Counted from the stretch's first letter, positions 50,548 through 60,347 are shown. The stretch: DNA of 64,000 nucleotides from Bacteroidia bacterium (GCA_046296495.1 JBKBLB010000019.1:4312-68311); one strand, 5' to 3'. The notes: generated by a model from the letters alone, not told the origin. Program-made: numbers and translations.

Positions 50548-50724
50548 ATGAAAAATATACTAAAAGCACTTTTAACACTGGCTGTAATTGCTCTATTATC
50601 ATACCATGCATCGGCACAACCGGGTTTTGATGATGATGTACAAGACACCCCGCTTGATGGAGGTATAGCCCTTGTTGTAGGCAGCGCTTTGGCCTACGGT
50701 GCAATGAAAAAAAGAAAAAAATAA
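50548..50724 (+). CDS. 58-aa secreted mini-protein with a P-L-D-G-G + TM + KKRKK tail (not in the ORF track)
   Basis: Hand translation gives MKNILKALLTLAVIALLSYHASAQPGFDDDVQDTPLDGGIALVVGSALAYGAMKKRKK*. It lies 19 nt after the upstream stop and is followed by a strong terminator. Its tail is 13/26 identical to that of 47338-47946. Confidence 0.6.
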   Translation: MKNILKALLTLAVIALLSYHASAQPGFDDDVQDTPLDGGIALVVGSALAYGAMKKRKK

Positions 50725-50743
50725 ACTTGTAAGTATCTCTAAT

Positions 50744-50779
50744 AAAAAAGCAGGTGAAAATATTCACCTGCTTTTTTTA
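50744..50779. terminator. bidirectional intrinsic terminator
   Basis: Perfect 9-bp stem gcaggtgaa (50750-50758) / ttcacctgc (50763-50771) with a 4-nt loop, an A-run before and a T7 run after. It lies between the convergent mini-ORF (+) and the oxidoreductase (-). Confidence 0.85.
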
Positions 50780-50781
50780 TG

Positions 50782-51912
50782 CTAAATACTCATTAATGCA
50801 ACCACATCTTTTGCAATTTTGCTTCCAAGGGCAACTCCCATGCCGTTTAGCCTTGCACCAACAACAATATTGGTTTCAACCAATTTAACAACTGGCAGTT
50901 TATTTTTCCCAAAAGCCATTATGCCACTCCATTTGTGCTCTATTATAAATGCTGTATCGGGAATAATTATCTCTTTAAGGTAATAAACTAATTTATCAAT
51001 AATTTTTTGGTTTAAACCAAATTCGGTTGTGGTTTCAGTCTCAAAATCGAGGTTGCGGCCACCACCAAAAATAATGCGGTTTTCGAAATCGCGGAAGTAA
51101 TAAAAACCTTCATCAAAATTAAATGTTCCTTTAAACTTTAAGTTGGGTATTGGCGTTGTGCAAATTACTTGCCCTCTGCCGGGAGTTATATCATCTAAAT
51201 TTAGCAAATTACCGGTAAATGCATTGGTACAAACAGCCAATTTGTTGCAAGTAAAATTATATTCGGTTTGGTTTGATGTAGCCATTACCTTAACAACATT
51301 ACTATTGCTTTCAATATGGTTTACAATAGCTCCTGTTGTAATGTGAATGCCTAAACTGTAACAATAATTAATCAGGTTTTTCATCATTTTACCGGTATCA
51401 ATCTGTCCTTCAAAATCGTTGCATATAATGGTATCAACCATGTTTTTGTTGAAACCGAATTGCTCTACCAGTTTTTTATTTTCGGAGAAAATATTTTTAT
51501 TCAGTAAAGGAAAAAGCAATTCATTCATTTCATCAAGTTTATCAAGATGATGCTTTACATTGTTTTTTAAAATCATTTCAAAACCGCCATTGTTTTGGTA
51601 GTCTATATTGTCATCGCCTAAACGATTTCGCAGCAATTGCAAACCCGTTATTCTGTTATTTATTAATTGCAGCAATGCATCTTTTCCCATAAGTCCCAAA
51701 TCGTAAACCTTTTCGCTAAGGGTTCCAATACATGCAAAACCGGCATTTTTGGTACTTGCTCCTGTAGGAAGTAAGCCTCTTTCCAAAACCATTACAGTAG
51801 CTTTAGGTTTTTGCTCTTTTATTTCACAAGCAGTACTAAGGCCTGTAATACCTGCTCCTACAACAATAAAATCGTAGTGCAAAAACTCTTTCTTATCCCA
51901 AAACGATAACAT
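50782..51912 (-). CDS. FAD-dependent oxidoreductase (DAO/glycine oxidase-like family)
   Basis: YDFIVVGAGITGLS dinucleotide fold. 376 aa. Confidence 0.75.
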   Translation of the reverse strand: MLSFWDKKEFLHYDFIVVGAGITGLSTACEIKEQKPKATVMVLERGLLPTGASTKNAGFACIGTLSEKVYDLGLMGKDALLQLINNRITGLQLLRNRLGDDNIDYQNNGGFEMILKNNVKHHLDKLDEMNELLFPLLNKNIFSENKKLVEQFGFNKNMVDTIICNDFEGQIDTGKMMKNLINYCYSLGIHITTGAIVNHIESNSNVVKVMATSNQTEYNFTCNKLAVCTNAFTGNLLNLDDITPGRGQVICTTPIPNLKFKGTFNFDEGFYYFRDFENRIIFGGGRNLDFETETTTEFGLNQKIIDKLVYYLKEIIIPDTAFIIEHKWSGIMAFGKNKLPVVKLVETNIVVGARLNGMGVALGSKIAKDVVALMSI

Positions 51913-51914
51913 AT

Positions 51915-54446
51915 TTATTTTCCTAACTCTATTAAATTTACCAATAATTTTAATGCTCCGGTATTTGCAGCAGGCAACTGCCTAAAAAAAGAAAGCCCGG
52001 TATATACATAGTTACCTTTACCGTATTTACAAACTATCAATCCGCCTTCATCGGGTTTTTCGTTTGGGTCGGCCATGCTAATAAGTGGTGTAAAATTATT
52101 GTCCCATGCAGTTGCATGGTAAATGCTTCTTTCCTGAACCCAGTTTTCAAAATCTTTTGAAGTAATTTTGTTAGGCTTGTTAAATGCAGGATGTTCGGGA
52201 ACTAATAAATTAACTTCGGCATTTTCATCGGTAATACGGTTGCGGCTAATTTTAAACGGATATGGACCAATATTTTGATTTAATGGACCAAAAAAGTTAT
52301 TGGTTTGATATTGTACTACCACATTGCCACCGTTTTTTAAATAATCAAGAATCAATTGTTTTTGCTTATTTAAAACTTCGCTGGTATTGTAAGCCCTAAC
52401 ACCAACAACTACTGCATCAAACAATTTTAAATCGCCTGTTTTCCAAAATTCATCTGTAATTTCGAATACTTTGTAACCTAACTGCTTTAAGCATTCTGCA
52501 ACACCATCTCCGGGTCCGTTCACATAGCCAATCAACTTACTTTTGGTTTCAATAGGTTCATAATTTAAATTTACGGTAGCATCAGGAAACCAAGATTGTA
52601 TGGGTATATGGTTGTATTTTATTTCATTTAACCCTACACCGTATTTTTCACCATCAACCATAGCAAAGCATTGTAAACTAGCGGCCTTAGCAGCATTTGG
52701 TTTTGGTTCAACCGATAAAGTAACTTCAAAAAAATCTCCACTTTTGTTTAATGTATAATCATCAAGTATTAAACCCGTTGGTAAATTTTTATACACTTTG
52801 CGATTTAATGCTTTAATACTGTATGTTTCATCGGTTTCAAAAAAAGGCGTAAAAGTTATGTTATCTTTAATGGCACTAAACCTAAAAGTAACTGTTTTAA
52901 CTTCGGGTTTGCAAAACAAAAGTTGTTCTTTGCTTATGTTTATTGTTACAGGTGGGCTTAGTAAAACCGGCCTATATAGTTCTCCTTTATCAGGTTCAAC
53001 CCATTTATATATTACAGGAATTTGTTTTTCAATAAAATGTTTTTCATTTATTTTAAACAAAACAGTTATTACCCTCGAAAAATCACCCTCATTATTTGCA
53101 TAATAGGTTTGGGTTGATGATAGCATGTTGTTTTGTAAGCCATTTTTTATCCATGGAATTTGGCTGTATGTTTTTGTATTTACTTTGGTTTGATAGGTGT
53201 ATTTATACCAATCGTTAATGGGCAAAACAGTATCTGAAACTATGTTATTATTATTTGAAAGATTGTGCCTGATTAAAATAACTTTATATTCATCATTATT
53301 TCTTTTAATAATGTTTAGTTGTATTTGCAAGCTGTCGGCAAATGAAGTATAAAACTTATTGGCAGTTGCTTCGGTATAAATACCAAGGCATTGTAAAATA
53401 ATATCATCAAGCTTTTGCTCGAACCAAATTTTATGATTGATTAAATCTTTATTGGTGGAATTAATTTTTTTTAATAATTCTTTTACCGCCAACAATGTTT
53501 GAACCGATTTGTGGGGATTTAAAGCATCAAAAATTTTGATGGTTTTAAGCAAAATTTTTTCTATTGCTTTAAATTCATTGAATCTTGCAAGTGAAAAATC
53601 AATTCCATCAAATATTGAATTTGTTTGAGGCTTATCACCTTTTATAAATTGAAAATATTCGTAGTAATTGCCGCGTTGCAAACTGCTACCAAAGCCCTGG
53701 CTTTTGTGCATACTTCTGCTTTGCGCAGCAATTTCTCCGTAGCTTTTTCCTAATATATTGTTAAAACCACCAACATTTAATGGTATATACTGACTCATAT
53801 CGGCATTGGGATTTGCAAAACGTGTACTTACATTCCAAACCAAACGCTTTGCCTTCCACAATCCTGTTTCATTTATTTGCCAACTAAACATATCAGGGTT
53901 TGCAGCTGCATCAAACGCTTCTTCTGCCAGCAATGCCGAAGCCGTATGATGGCCGTGACCGCCACTTCCATCAGTTGCAAAACGAGTTATAATTACATCG
54001 GGTTTAAAAGTTCTTATAATGTAAACCATATCTGCCAACACACTGTCTTTATTCCATTTTGTTAGTGTTTCTTCGGGAGATTTGCTGTAACCAAAATCGT
54101 AAGCACGGGTAAAAAACTGAATGCCGCCATCAATTTTTCTGGCTTCAAGTAACTCATGGGTTCTTATCATTCCCAATTCTATGCCTTGCTCTGAGCCAAT
54201 TAAATTTTGACCACCATCGCCACGTGTAAGGCTTAAATAAGCTGTTCGTAAATGCATTTCGTTTGCAAGGTATGCCAGCAGTCTTGTGTTTTCATCATCA
54301 GGATGTGCTGCTATATACAAAACACTTCCTGCTGTTTTAAGCTTATTCAATTCAAGTAAAATATCGCTCGAACTGTTAAACTTAATTTGAGCAAAACAAA
54401 TAAAACCAAATAGTGTAAGGATAGTAGTAAGGCTAAATTTTTTCAT
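51915..54446 (-). CDS. PIG-L/LmbE-family deacetylase fused to a large C-terminal region
   Basis: Signal peptide, then AAHPDDENTRL and GHGHH in the N-terminal ~250 aa. The C-terminal ~200 aa (AVVVGVRAYNT...GGNVVVQYQT) looks like a ThuA/class-I-amidotransferase-like fold (inference). Confidence 0.7.
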   Translation of the reverse strand: MKKFSLTTILTLFGFICFAQIKFNSSSDILLELNKLKTAGSVLYIAAHPDDENTRLLAYLANEMHLRTAYLSLTRGDGGQNLIGSEQGIELGMIRTHELLEARKIDGGIQFFTRAYDFGYSKSPEETLTKWNKDSVLADMVYIIRTFKPDVIITRFATDGSGGHGHHTASALLAEEAFDAAANPDMFSWQINETGLWKAKRLVWNVSTRFANPNADMSQYIPLNVGGFNNILGKSYGEIAAQSRSMHKSQGFGSSLQRGNYYEYFQFIKGDKPQTNSIFDGIDFSLARFNEFKAIEKILLKTIKIFDALNPHKSVQTLLAVKELLKKINSTNKDLINHKIWFEQKLDDIILQCLGIYTEATANKFYTSFADSLQIQLNIIKRNNDEYKVILIRHNLSNNNNIVSDTVLPINDWYKYTYQTKVNTKTYSQIPWIKNGLQNNMLSSTQTYYANNEGDFSRVITVLFKINEKHFIEKQIPVIYKWVEPDKGELYRPVLLSPPVTINISKEQLLFCKPEVKTVTFRFSAIKDNITFTPFFETDETYSIKALNRKVYKNLPTGLILDDYTLNKSGDFFEVTLSVEPKPNAAKAASLQCFAMVDGEKYGVGLNEIKYNHIPIQSWFPDATVNLNYEPIETKSKLIGYVNGPGDGVAECLKQLGYKVFEITDEFWKTGDLKLFDAVVVGVRAYNTSEVLNKQKQLILDYLKNGGNVVVQYQTNNFFGPLNQNIGPYPFKISRNRITDENAEVNLLVPEHPAFNKPNKITSKDFENWVQERSIYHATAWDNNFTPLISMADPNEKPDEGGLIVCKYGKGNYVYTGLSFFRQLPAANTGALKLLVNLIELGK

Positions 54447-54448
54447 GT

Positions 54449-55621
54449 TTAGTTTTTATCTTCTATAAACCTCAATTTGCTTGAAATAAAGGAAGCCTTT
54501 TGTAACAATTCGTCATAAGAATCGGACAAAATGGTTGCATGACCCATTTTTCGCATGGGTTTATTTTCTTTTTTATCATATAAATGCACATAAACATTAT
54601 CTAACTTCATTACATCTTCAATTCCATCAAGGAGATAATTACCTGAAAATTCTTTATTACCTAACAGGTTTACCATTGCAGCATATTTTTTTATCAAATT
54701 GGTTGAGCCAAGCGGCAAACCAGTTATAATACGTACAAGTTGTTCGTATTGAGAGGTTACACAACCCTCAATGGTTTGATGCCCGCTGTTATGAGGCCTT
54801 GGCGCAATTTCGTTAACATAAATTTCTCCGCTACTGCTTAAAAACATTTCTACTGCAAACAAACCCACACCGTTAAAAACATTTATGGCATCAATGGCAA
54901 TTTGCTCTGCTTTTTGTTCAATAGTTGAGCCTACACTTGCCGGACTAACCAGTAATGTTACAAGATTAGCTTCAGGGTCAAAAACCATTTCAATACTTGG
55001 AAAAGAAATTGTATTACCTTGCCTGTCTCTTGCAACTATTACAGCAAGTTCTTTTTCGCAAGGCAAAAAAGATTCTAAGACACAGGGTTCATCAAAAGGA
55101 ATCAAATCAGTATTTTTTATTACATCATCCGATTTTAAAATACAAACACCTTTGCCATCATATCCGCCTTTACGGGTTTTAGCGGCAATTTTTTCGGTAC
55201 CAAGTTTTTTAATGGCATCAAGCCAATCTTCTTTGCGTTCAACCAAAACAAATGGCAATGTTGGTATATGATTTTTTTGGTAAAATTGTTTTTGCAAACC
55301 TTTATCTTGTATTATTTGAAGAATTTTAGGAGATGGTATTATTTCTTTTCCTTTTGCTTCAAGCTCAAGCAGTGCCAAGGTATTTACATGTTCTATTTCG
55401 TAAGTAAGCACATCGCTTAAAGCAGCAAGTTCATTTATTTTATTGGCATCTGTAAGTTTTCCTTCAATAAACTTATTTGCCACTAAAGCACAACTGCAAT
55501 TAGGGTCAGCATCTAAAACATTAAATTCAATATTAAGTCTCAGGCTTTCTTCTATCATCATGCGACCAAGTTGCCCGCCACCAATTATACCAATTTTTCT
55601 CTTTAAAGGATTTTGATTCAT
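54449..55621 (-). CDS. purK: 5-(carboxyamino)imidazole ribonucleotide synthase
   Basis: IGIIGGGQLGRMM, ATP-grasp core, and C-terminal RKMGHATI. ATG at 55621. Confidence 0.9.
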   Translation of the reverse strand: MNQNPLKRKIGIIGGGQLGRMMIEESLRLNIEFNVLDADPNCSCALVANKFIEGKLTDANKINELAALSDVLTYEIEHVNTLALLELEAKGKEIIPSPKILQIIQDKGLQKQFYQKNHIPTLPFVLVERKEDWLDAIKKLGTEKIAAKTRKGGYDGKGVCILKSDDVIKNTDLIPFDEPCVLESFLPCEKELAVIVARDRQGNTISFPSIEMVFDPEANLVTLLVSPASVGSTIEQKAEQIAIDAINVFNGVGLFAVEMFLSSSGEIYVNEIAPRPHNSGHQTIEGCVTSQYEQLVRIITGLPLGSTNLIKKYAAMVNLLGNKEFSGNYLLDGIEDVMKLDNVYVHLYDKKENKPMRKMGHATILSDSYDELLQKASFISSKLRFIEDKN

Positions 55622-55674
55622 ACAATACAAAAGTTTGCAATTTATAAAATATGATGCTTAATAAGGTTTTTGCT

Positions 55675-56535
55675 TTAAAACAAGCTGATAACAATAATTG
55701 ATAATATTGCCAGTACAAGTCCGGCTTTATTTAAGTTGTTAAGTTTTTCGTTAAAAAACCAAATACCGGCAAAAGTGCTTAGGCCAACAATACCTATATT
55801 GTTTATTGGAAATATCATACTGGCATCAAAAAGTGTTAAAGTTTTTACCAAAAAAAACATGCTGAAATAATTTGGTAATCCTAAAAAAACACCCCAAACA
55901 AGACTTTTTAAATTAATTGTTGTTTTACCTGTTATTGTTTGATAGCTTAAATACAATACACCAAACGCAAATGCATTTGCAAATACCAAGGTAACAATTA
56001 ATGCCTCGTTTAGTGGTGGAATAAACTTGCTTTGCATTAACTTTAACATTGTATCAATTAGGCCACTACCTATAAAAACTATTAGTGGTAAAAGCAAATA
56101 CTTATTATCTTTTAAATGTGCATCTTCATCTTTATTGCTTATAAACCAAACAGCAATCAGCGATAGTATAATACCGGCCATTTTAAACATTGATAATGCT
56201 TCGTTATATAAAAAAACCGAAGCAACAACCGGTATTACCACACTAAGTTTTGCAGCCACCATGCTTGCCGAAACACTTATAGTTTGTGCTGTTTTAGCTA
56301 TTGATAAAAATATGGAAATAAACAAAAAGCCAAGGAATAATGTATATTCATACCCAGTAAATTGTTTTAGTTTTTCTGTAATTGAGGAATCATTCATTAA
56401 AAAAAGCCCCAACAAAATACATGTAATGTAATTGGCTATGATTGCCTGTAGGGTATCAACTTTATAGCGTTCAAATAACTTAAAAAAAGATACGGTAATG
56501 GTTGAAAAAAGTATGCTTAGAGCTACTGTTATCAT
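55675..56535 (-). CDS. DMT/EamA-like 10-TM transporter
   Basis: 286 aa as two ~140-aa hydrophobic halves. Overlaps the ribD stop by 4 nt. Confidence 0.5.
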   Translation of the reverse strand: MITVALSILFSTITVSFFKLFERYKVDTLQAIIANYITCILLGLFLMNDSSITEKLKQFTGYEYTLFLGFLFISIFLSIAKTAQTISVSASMVAAKLSVVIPVVASVFLYNEALSMFKMAGIILSLIAVWFISNKDEDAHLKDNKYLLLPLIVFIGSGLIDTMLKLMQSKFIPPLNEALIVTLVFANAFAFGVLYLSYQTITGKTTINLKSLVWGVFLGLPNYFSMFFLVKTLTLFDASMIFPINNIGIVGLSTFAGIWFFNEKLNNLNKAGLVLAILSIIVISLF

Positions 56536-57578
56536 AATGTATATTGAGTTAAGGTAACTCCGTCAATAGTGGTTGAATAAACTGCTTTTCCAGAAAAATC
56601 GGGCGCTTTAATTCCATTATTTATATGTTGCGGGCTTGTAAAAACTATTGCTTCCTGAGCAAGTTGGTTTTTAAAAAAACTATTAAGTAATACGGCTCCC
56701 CCTTCAACAACAAGGCTTTGAATATTTATACCGTATAAGTAACTTAGTAACTCATCTAATAATTGTTCATTAAAATTTATTTTTAAATAACTGGTTTGGC
56801 CTTGTTGCTTATTTTCTATTTCATTAACTATAATAGTTGGTTGAGAATTATCAAAAATTTTTAAGGTATGATACAGTTTTAATTTTCTATCCAACACTAT
56901 TCGAAAAGTGTTTTTAATACTTCCCCACTCGCGACTGTTAAGTGAAGGATTATCGGTTATTGCGGTATTTGTGCCTATCATTATAGCATCTTCGCAGGTG
57001 CGCCATTTATGAACCAATTTTTGCACTATTCTTCCGGTTATATGTCTTTCGGCTTCAAATTGGTCTTTTGAAACTTTACTTGCATCAGGGCCGAGCATAC
57101 CATTGATGGTTTGAGCCCATTTTAAAATTACATAAGGTTTTTTATTATTTATAAAATGAATGAACCTTCTGTTTAAAAACCGTGCTTCTTCTTCCAACAC
57201 ATTGGTTTCAACTATTACTCCGGCTTGTTTTAATATTTGTATTCCTTTACCGGCAACAAGCGGGTTTGGGTCAACCATTGCAACAACAACATGCTTAATT
57301 CCATATTCAATAATTAAATTGGTACATGGAGGCGTTTTACCAAAATGACAGCATGGTTCAAGGCTTACATACAATATACTCTCAGGTAAAAGAGATTTAT
57401 CATTTACCGAGTTAATGGCATTTACCTCGGCATGGGCACCACCAAATTTTTGGTGCCAGCCTTCGCCAATTATCTTGTTGTTATGCACAATTACGCAACC
57501 AACCATTGGGTTTGGAGCAACCCAACCAAATCCAAGGCGGGCAAGCTCTAAACATCTTTGCATGTACAAATTGTGCAT
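56532..57578 (-). CDS. ribD: bifunctional riboflavin biosynthesis deaminase/reductase
   Basis: Deaminase zinc motifs HAEVNAI and PCCHFGKTPPC, plus a C-terminal reductase domain. Confidence 0.9.
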   Translation of the reverse strand: MHNLYMQRCLELARLGFGWVAPNPMVGCVIVHNNKIIGEGWHQKFGGAHAEVNAINSVNDKSLLPESILYVSLEPCCHFGKTPPCTNLIIEYGIKHVVVAMVDPNPLVAGKGIQILKQAGVIVETNVLEEEARFLNRRFIHFINNKKPYVILKWAQTINGMLGPDASKVSKDQFEAERHITGRIVQKLVHKWRTCEDAIMIGTNTAITDNPSLNSREWGSIKNTFRIVLDRKLKLYHTLKIFDNSQPTIIVNEIENKQQGQTSYLKINFNEQLLDELLSYLYGINIQSLVVEGGAVLLNSFFKNQLAQEAIVFTSPQHINNGIKAPDFSGKAVYSTTIDGVTLTQYTL

Positions 57579-57609
57579 AGGCCGGCAAAAATAGTATTTT
57601 GCTGCTCTA

Positions 57610-58449
57610 ATGGAAGCATACGATTTTTATGTTGAAGCAGTTGAAAAATTAAAGCATCTATACGATGAACGTGAAGCTGCTATGATTATGCAGCGTGTAT
57701 TTGAAGTCAAATTGCTAATAAAACCACACTTTATAAAACTTTTTCAAAAAGAATTGAGCCTTATTGAAGAAAAAATGCTCAACGAAATATTAAACAAACT
57801 TTTGCAGGGAGAACCTTTTCAATACATTTTAGGCTACGAGTGGTTTTGCGGAAACCTTTTTAAAGTAAATAAACATGTATTAATACCAAGACCCGAAACC
57901 GAAGAACTTGTTGAAGAATTTATTAAGCATGAAAAAGAAAAATTAAATTTAACAATTCTTGATATTGGAACAGGAAGCGGTTGTATTGCCATCTCAATAA
58001 AAAAAATGCTTCCATCTTCAAAGGTTTATGCCATTGATATAAGCGAGTACGCCCTTGAAACAGCTAAAGAAAATGCAAAACAAAATAACGCAAGCATAAA
58101 TTTTATACAAGCAGATATATTAAATATTGACAAGTTGCCTGTAAACGAAAAAGTTGATATTATTATAAGCAATCCTCCATACATAACCGAAAACGAAAAA
58201 AACCAAATGCATAAAAATGTATTGCAGTTTGAGCCAAAACATGCACTATTTGTGCCTAATGATAACCCCATGATTTTTTACGAAAAAATTATGCAATTAG
58301 GTTTGATGCAAAATCAATTATGCAAATTTTACTTTGAGTTGAGTGCATTACATGGAGAACTTATAAAAAATACAACAAATAAATTTGGCAAAACCACAAC
58401 GCTAATAAATGATATATCGGGAAATTTAAGAATTGCCGTAATCGAATAA
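57610..58449 (+). CDS. prmC: release factor glutamine N5-methyltransferase
   Basis: PFQYILGYEWF, DIGTGSGCIA and NPPY. Confidence 0.85.
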   Translation: MEAYDFYVEAVEKLKHLYDEREAAMIMQRVFEVKLLIKPHFIKLFQKELSLIEEKMLNEILNKLLQGEPFQYILGYEWFCGNLFKVNKHVLIPRPETEELVEEFIKHEKEKLNLTILDIGTGSGCIAISIKKMLPSSKVYAIDISEYALETAKENAKQNNASINFIQADILNIDKLPVNEKVDIIISNPPYITENEKNQMHKNVLQFEPKHALFVPNDNPMIFYEKIMQLGLMQNQLCKFYFELSALHGELIKNTTNKFGKTTTLINDISGNLRIAVIE

Positions 58450-58498
58450 AAACCATTTTAGTTATTTTGCGTAATAGTATTTTCACCTAATTGATAAC

Positions 58499-59356
58499 AT
58501 GATTGAAATATTAAAAATTAAAGAAGTTGAAGCTTTGATAGATCTTGCCATAAAAGAAGATGTTGGTAATGGCGATCATACTTCTCTTGCCTGTATTCCT
58601 ACTCAAAGCCAAGGTCAGGCTTATTGTATTGCAAAACAGCAAGGCATTTTAGCTGGACTGCCATTAGCCGAATATATTTTTAAAAAAATTGATGAAACAT
58701 TACGCTTTGAACCATTAAAAAACGATGGTGACGAAATACAAAATGGCGATATTATTTTTAATGTTTTTGGTTCAGACATAAGCATATTAACAGCCGAGCG
58801 AACTGTTTTAAATTTTTTGCAACGTTTAAGTGGTATTGCTACCCAAAGTAAAGAATACGCAAACCTTGTAAAAGGAATGCACACCAAAATTTTAGATACA
58901 CGCAAAACCACTCCGGGACTAAGGCATTTAGAAAAATATGCTGTAACGGTTGGCGGCTGCTTCAATCACAGAATCGGCTTATACGATATGATTTTGATAA
59001 AAGACAACCATGTTGATTTTGCGGGAGGTATTACCAAAGCTATACATCAAACTTTACAGTATTTAAAAAACAATAACCTTAACTTAAAAATAGAAATTGA
59101 AACCCGCAACCTAAGCGAAGTAAAAGAAGTTTTGGATGTTGGTGGCATAAACCGCATTATGCTCGATAATTTTTCGCCAGAATTGCTTCAAGAAGCCATT
59201 GATTTAATAGCAGGGCGTTTTGAAACCGAGGCGAGTGGAGGTATAACAAAAGAAACATTGCCTTTATATGCGCAAACCGGTGTTGATTTCATTTCGGTTG
59301 GTGCATTAACACACAGCAGCAAAAGCATAGATTTAAGCCTAAGAGCCATAAAATAA
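58499..59356 (+). CDS. nadC: nicotinate-nucleotide diphosphorylase (carboxylating)
   Basis: ERTVLNFLQRLSGIAT, LDTRKTTPGLR, LIKDNH and MLDNF motifs of QPRTase. Confidence 0.9.
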   Translation: MIEILKIKEVEALIDLAIKEDVGNGDHTSLACIPTQSQGQAYCIAKQQGILAGLPLAEYIFKKIDETLRFEPLKNDGDEIQNGDIIFNVFGSDISILTAERTVLNFLQRLSGIATQSKEYANLVKGMHTKILDTRKTTPGLRHLEKYAVTVGGCFNHRIGLYDMILIKDNHVDFAGGITKAIHQTLQYLKNNNLNLKIEIETRNLSEVKEVLDVGGINRIMLDNFSPELLQEAIDLIAGRFETEASGGITKETLPLYAQTGVDFISVGALTHSSKSIDLSLRAIK

Positions 59357-59384
59357 AAAAGCCCCGCAAATGTTGCGGGGCTTT
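59355..59384. terminator. GC-rich hairpin terminator between nadC (+) and the lipoprotein gene (-)
   Basis: gccccgcaa (59361-59369) pairs with ttgcggggc (59373-59381). A6 before it gives a T-run for the minus-strand gene. Only TTT follows. Confidence 0.75.
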
Positions 59385-59408
59385 ACCGAGATATTTTTAA
59401 ATAAATTA

Positions 59409-60227
59409 TTATTGTAATTTAGTTACTATACTGTTTGAAACTGTCCAACCTGTAGAAGTTTTTTGCCAAATCACAACCGCAATTGAACAATTTTCTTTTT
59501 TGTACTTAGTACCGGGGAAGAAGCTCATATCTGCTTTATAAGTATCGTCTTTTTTAGGATCAAGTTTTATTAAGGTTCCGGTAATTGATGTGCCAAATTT
59601 TTCACGTAAAATATCATGGTGAATATTTTTTTCCTTGCTGTTATCGCTGGCTTGTGTAAAGTTTAATTTGCTTTCTAACAAATAGCCTGCTATATGGAAT
59701 TCTCCAACAGCATCGGCAAAAAATTTACCATCAACTTTAACATTAATTAATCCGTCTGATTCTGATAGTTTAACTATACAGTTTGTAACCGGGGTTCTTG
59801 CAGCAGCAGAGTTAACTGCAGTAACTGCATTTGCACTCATTGAGCTGTTTGATGGAACTGAGCCAAAAGGTTGACCTGCACTACCTATAAACATTGAAGG
59901 AACTTGACTAACTCTGAACATTGAAGCCAATGCATTGGCATCAGCGTTATTCATTGGGTCTTGAACCGATGATGAATTAACCTGACATGAAATAACAACA
60001 GCTTTAGAAGCAGCTTGCTCTTTTATAGCTTCTTTTGCAGGTTTTCCGTTTGCACCACATGGCGGGCACCAGGTTCCACCGAAATAGAAAACGGTAGCTC
60101 TTTGTGTTTCAGGAATTGTTACTGTTCCCGGATTGTTATTGTTATTGTCGTCTTTTTTGGTGTCTTCTTTTTTACACCCGGCAAGCACCGCTCCAAGCAA
60201 CGCAAAGCCAACAAGTATTTTTTTCAT
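59409..60227 (-). CDS. thioredoxin-fold outer-membrane lipoprotein (Omp28-related)
   Basis: Lipobox LAGC after MKKILVGFALLGAV, and GGTWCPPCG (CxxC). ATG at 60227 is preferred over the track start. Confidence 0.55.
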   Translation of the reverse strand: MKKILVGFALLGAVLAGCKKEDTKKDDNNNNNPGTVTIPETQRATVFYFGGTWCPPCGANGKPAKEAIKEQAASKAVVISCQVNSSSVQDPMNNADANALASMFRVSQVPSMFIGSAGQPFGSVPSNSSMSANAVTAVNSAAARTPVTNCIVKLSESDGLINVKVDGKFFADAVGEFHIAGYLLESKLNFTQASDNSKEKNIHHDILREKFGTSITGTLIKLDPKKDDTYKADMSFFPGTKYKKENCSIAVVIWQKTSTGWTVSNSIVTKLQ

Positions 60228-60285
60228 AGTTTTTAAATAATTAGCGGGGCTAATGTATTTATTTTTGAACTTATTGAGAAAATTT

Positions 60286-60316
60286 TTTGTAAAATTTAAC
60301 ATAAAGTTTAGTTTTG
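60286..60316 (+). promoter_or_regulatory. candidate promoter TTTG-N19-TAGTTTTG
   Basis: TTTG at 60286-60289 and TAGTTTTG at 60309-60316, 32 nt upstream of the ATG at 60348. Motif match only. Confidence 0.3.
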
Positions 60317-60347
60317 CTTTAACATTCTATTAATAACTATTAAAAAC

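Noticed and set aside
57579-57609. FMN riboswitch upstream of ribD.
   Set aside because: Only 31 nt separate ribD from the divergent prmC, which is too short for an FMN aptamer.
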